NCBI GenBank assembly: GCA_018369015.1
Contig: JAGZDD010000001.1
Span: 21,370 to 85,369 of the forward strand
DNA length: 64,000 nucleotides
Source: Clostridiales bacterium
GTDB lineage: Bacteria; Bacillota; Clostridia; Lachnospirales; Lachnospiraceae
Direction: 5' to 3'
In this document: one piece after another, positions 62,073 to 64,000 of the stretch
Position numbering within the stretch: position 1 is the stretch's first letter
How the letters are laid out: each line of letters opens with the position of its first letter
Program-made: the position numbers and the translations under genes
The notes under the pieces: model-generated
Told to the model about the DNA's origin: nothing
Databases searched by the model: none
The model's input: only the letters and a program-made list of their open reading frames with translations

Positions 62073-62110
62073 CAAATAAACATGTCATTTCTCCCGGGAA
62101 ATTTTTTTTT
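62062..62110 (+). terminator. intrinsic terminator overlapping the stop codon
   Basis: GGGAGAAATGACA...TGTCATTTCTCCC followed by a T9 run. Confidence 0.7.
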
Positions 62111-62224
62111 ACGCTAAAAACGCAAGGAAAATCAAATGAGTTGACGGTATTTGAGTGGAATAGAGTGAATTTCTTTTTGTACAATTAGTTTATCTTTTAA
62201 TAAAGTTATTTTGGAGGAAGAGGT

Positions 62225-63820
62225 ATGAAGTTAAAAAAATGTGTATCATTAATAACAGCTTTATTAACGGTTAGTTTAATAGCAGCTTGTGGCGTTTCTG
62301 AGGACAGGGGGAACAGAGGAGGTGATGAAAGTATAAAAGAGTCCATCAACGTTAATGATAAGGGAAATCAAACCGTGTCAGAGGAAGATGGAGATATGGC
62401 AGATATAGAGGTTATATTTTGGACATTAAATACAATACCTTCAGATCTTGACCTTGTGGAAGCTGCGATTAATGAGATCACCGAAGAAAAGATTAATACG
62501 ACAGTACATTTGAATATTACAGAGATGGGAAACTATGCACAACAGTTGAATCTTATGCTTGCAGGTAATGAAAAACTGGACTTAATGGTCACACTTCCTG
62601 GAGATTCTGTTCATTTCAATTCTATGACCAGTCAAAATCAGCTTACAGATCTTACAGAGCTTCTGCCGGAATATGCACCAGAACTGTTAGAAACAGTTCC
62701 TGAAAGTTGGATTGAAGGAACATCTATTGATGGCCATATTTATTCGGTTCCGTCTTTTGGAGACAAAGCAACGCCGTTGTGCTTTATCTGCCGTACAGAT
62801 GTGCTTAATGAAACTGGCATTAATGCTGATACAATAAAAACAGCCAGTGATCTTGATATGTTATTTGCTAAAGTGAAAGAAATTCATCCGGAAATAACAC
62901 CGGTAGCCATTGGAAATAAAAAAATATTTCCAGTTCCGTACACATTAGACAATGATGGAAATATTATAAAATTTGAAGGCTTAGGCGAAGGTGATAATTC
63001 AATTATCTGTATTCTTGGCGATGAAGGTGCAGAGATTCAAAATTATTATGAAACTGATGAATATAAAGCTACAATTAAAAAAATGAAAGAATGGTACGAC
63101 AAAGGGTATCTGTATAAAGATGGGGCGACTTACGAGGAAACGGGTGAAGCACTTGTTGCAACAGGAAATTATTTTGGAACATTTAGGATGCAGGCGACTG
63201 GCACAGAAGCTTCGATGAGTGCATTGTGTGGTTGCGATATATCTTTTATTCAGTTAGATGAAAATCCGATGATTGATACTGTTTCCTTAAGAAAGTTTAC
63301 ATGGGCAGTTCCTTCAACAGCAACAGAACCAGAAGCGGCAGTTAAGTTTATGAATCTTTTGTATACGGATGCCGAAGTACTTAATCTTCTGACATGGGGG
63401 ATTGAAGATGTGCATTATCAAACATTAGAAGATGGATCTATTGATTTTATAGAAGGGCAGGATTCATCAAATTGCGGATATTATATTGGTGACACGACAG
63501 CAATTATTGGAAATGGTTTTTTAGCAAAGGTTAGAGCTGGACAGGATATAGATTTGCGTGAAAAGGCAAAAAACCTTAATTTGTCTTCCAATGTATCCAG
63601 ATTTAACGGCTTTAGTTATGATATTTCAGGATTGGAAAATGAAGTTTCAGGACTGACAAATACAACAGAACAGTATCGTCCGGCATTAGCTTGTGGATTA
63701 TATACAGAAGAATATTACAATGAATTTATACAGAAATTAAAAGATAATGGTGCAGAAAAATATTTAGAAAATGTCCAGTCACAGTTAGATGAATGGAGAG
63801 GACAGAGTCAAGAAAAATAG
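62225..63820 (+). CDS. carbohydrate ABC substrate-binding lipoprotein (DUF3502 type)
   Basis: Lipobox IAAC, WGIEDVHY, NGAEKYLENVQSQL. Confidence 0.9.
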   Translation: MKLKKCVSLITALLTVSLIAACGVSEDRGNRGGDESIKESINVNDKGNQTVSEEDGDMADIEVIFWTLNTIPSDLDLVEAAINEITEEKINTTVHLNITEMGNYAQQLNLMLAGNEKLDLMVTLPGDSVHFNSMTSQNQLTDLTELLPEYAPELLETVPESWIEGTSIDGHIYSVPSFGDKATPLCFICRTDVLNETGINADTIKTASDLDMLFAKVKEIHPEITPVAIGNKKIFPVPYTLDNDGNIIKFEGLGEGDNSIICILGDEGAEIQNYYETDEYKATIKKMKEWYDKGYLYKDGATYEETGEALVATGNYFGTFRMQATGTEASMSALCGCDISFIQLDENPMIDTVSLRKFTWAVPSTATEPEAAVKFMNLLYTDAEVLNLLTWGIEDVHYQTLEDGSIDFIEGQDSSNCGYYIGDTTAIIGNGFLAKVRAGQDIDLREKAKNLNLSSNVSRFNGFSYDISGLENEVSGLTNTTEQYRPALACGLYTEEYYNEFIQKLKDNGAEKYLENVQSQLDEWRGQSQEK

Positions 63821-63836
63821 TTTGAGGAGGAATTTT

Positions 63837-64000
63837 ATGTTACACAGAAGAAAAAAACTGGGAACCCTGGCGGCAGCGTTGGCTATGGTTATGGCGGCAG
63901 CCGGAGGCTGTGGAAATGGCGAGGCTTCCGAGGGAAAGAGTCCGGCTTCGGAAGCGGGGGAAAGCAATGTCAGCGCGCAGGCTGAAAGTACCGAAGAAGC
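63837..64000 (+). CDS. lipoprotein, probably another ABC substrate-binding protein (truncated by window end)
   Basis: SD GAGGAGG; MLHRRKKLGTLAAALAMVMAAAGGCGNGEASEGKS lipobox plus linker. Confidence 0.7.
   Translation, partial: MLHRRKKLGTLAAALAMVMAAAGGCGNGEASEGKSPASEAGESNVSAQAESTEE

Noticed and set aside
62184..62210. XylR/ROK-type operator TTAGTTT...AAAGTTA
   Set aside because: Spacing and right arm deviate from the consensus, and the region is AT-rich.

Overview
Low-GC Gram-positive (Clostridia/Lachnospiraceae-like) chromosomal region of about 50 genes, almost all for import and breakdown of plant glycosides. The main feature is three separate DgpB/DgpC-type C-glycoside deglycosidase pairs (DUF6379 beta subunit plus metal-binding TIM-barrel alpha subunit) at about 26-27.5, 30-31.5 and 44.7-46.3 kb. 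Each pair lies in its own operon with a different regulator (YesMN-type two-component system, sigma54 activator, ROK protein) and its own ABC importer. Also present: four Gfo/Idh/MocA oxidoreductases, two IolE-like TIM barrels, a GH3 glucosidase, a GH51 arabinofuranosidase, an OYE-family reductase, a flavocytochrome-type FAD reductase, a cyclase-family hydrolase, a PhlG/phloretin-hydrolase-like C-C hydrolase and three AraC-GH39 fusion regulators (one frameshifted). Together these suggest a multi-substrate (flavonoid-type) C-glycoside catabolic island. Non-coding features include a consensus sigma54 promoter with three TGT-N12-ACA sites, two structured leaders, a 22-bp tandem repeat, a duplicated promoter and two apparent non-ATG starts. 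No rRNA, tRNA, CRISPR array or transposase was recognised. All family calls come from motif reading by eye, not from database searches.
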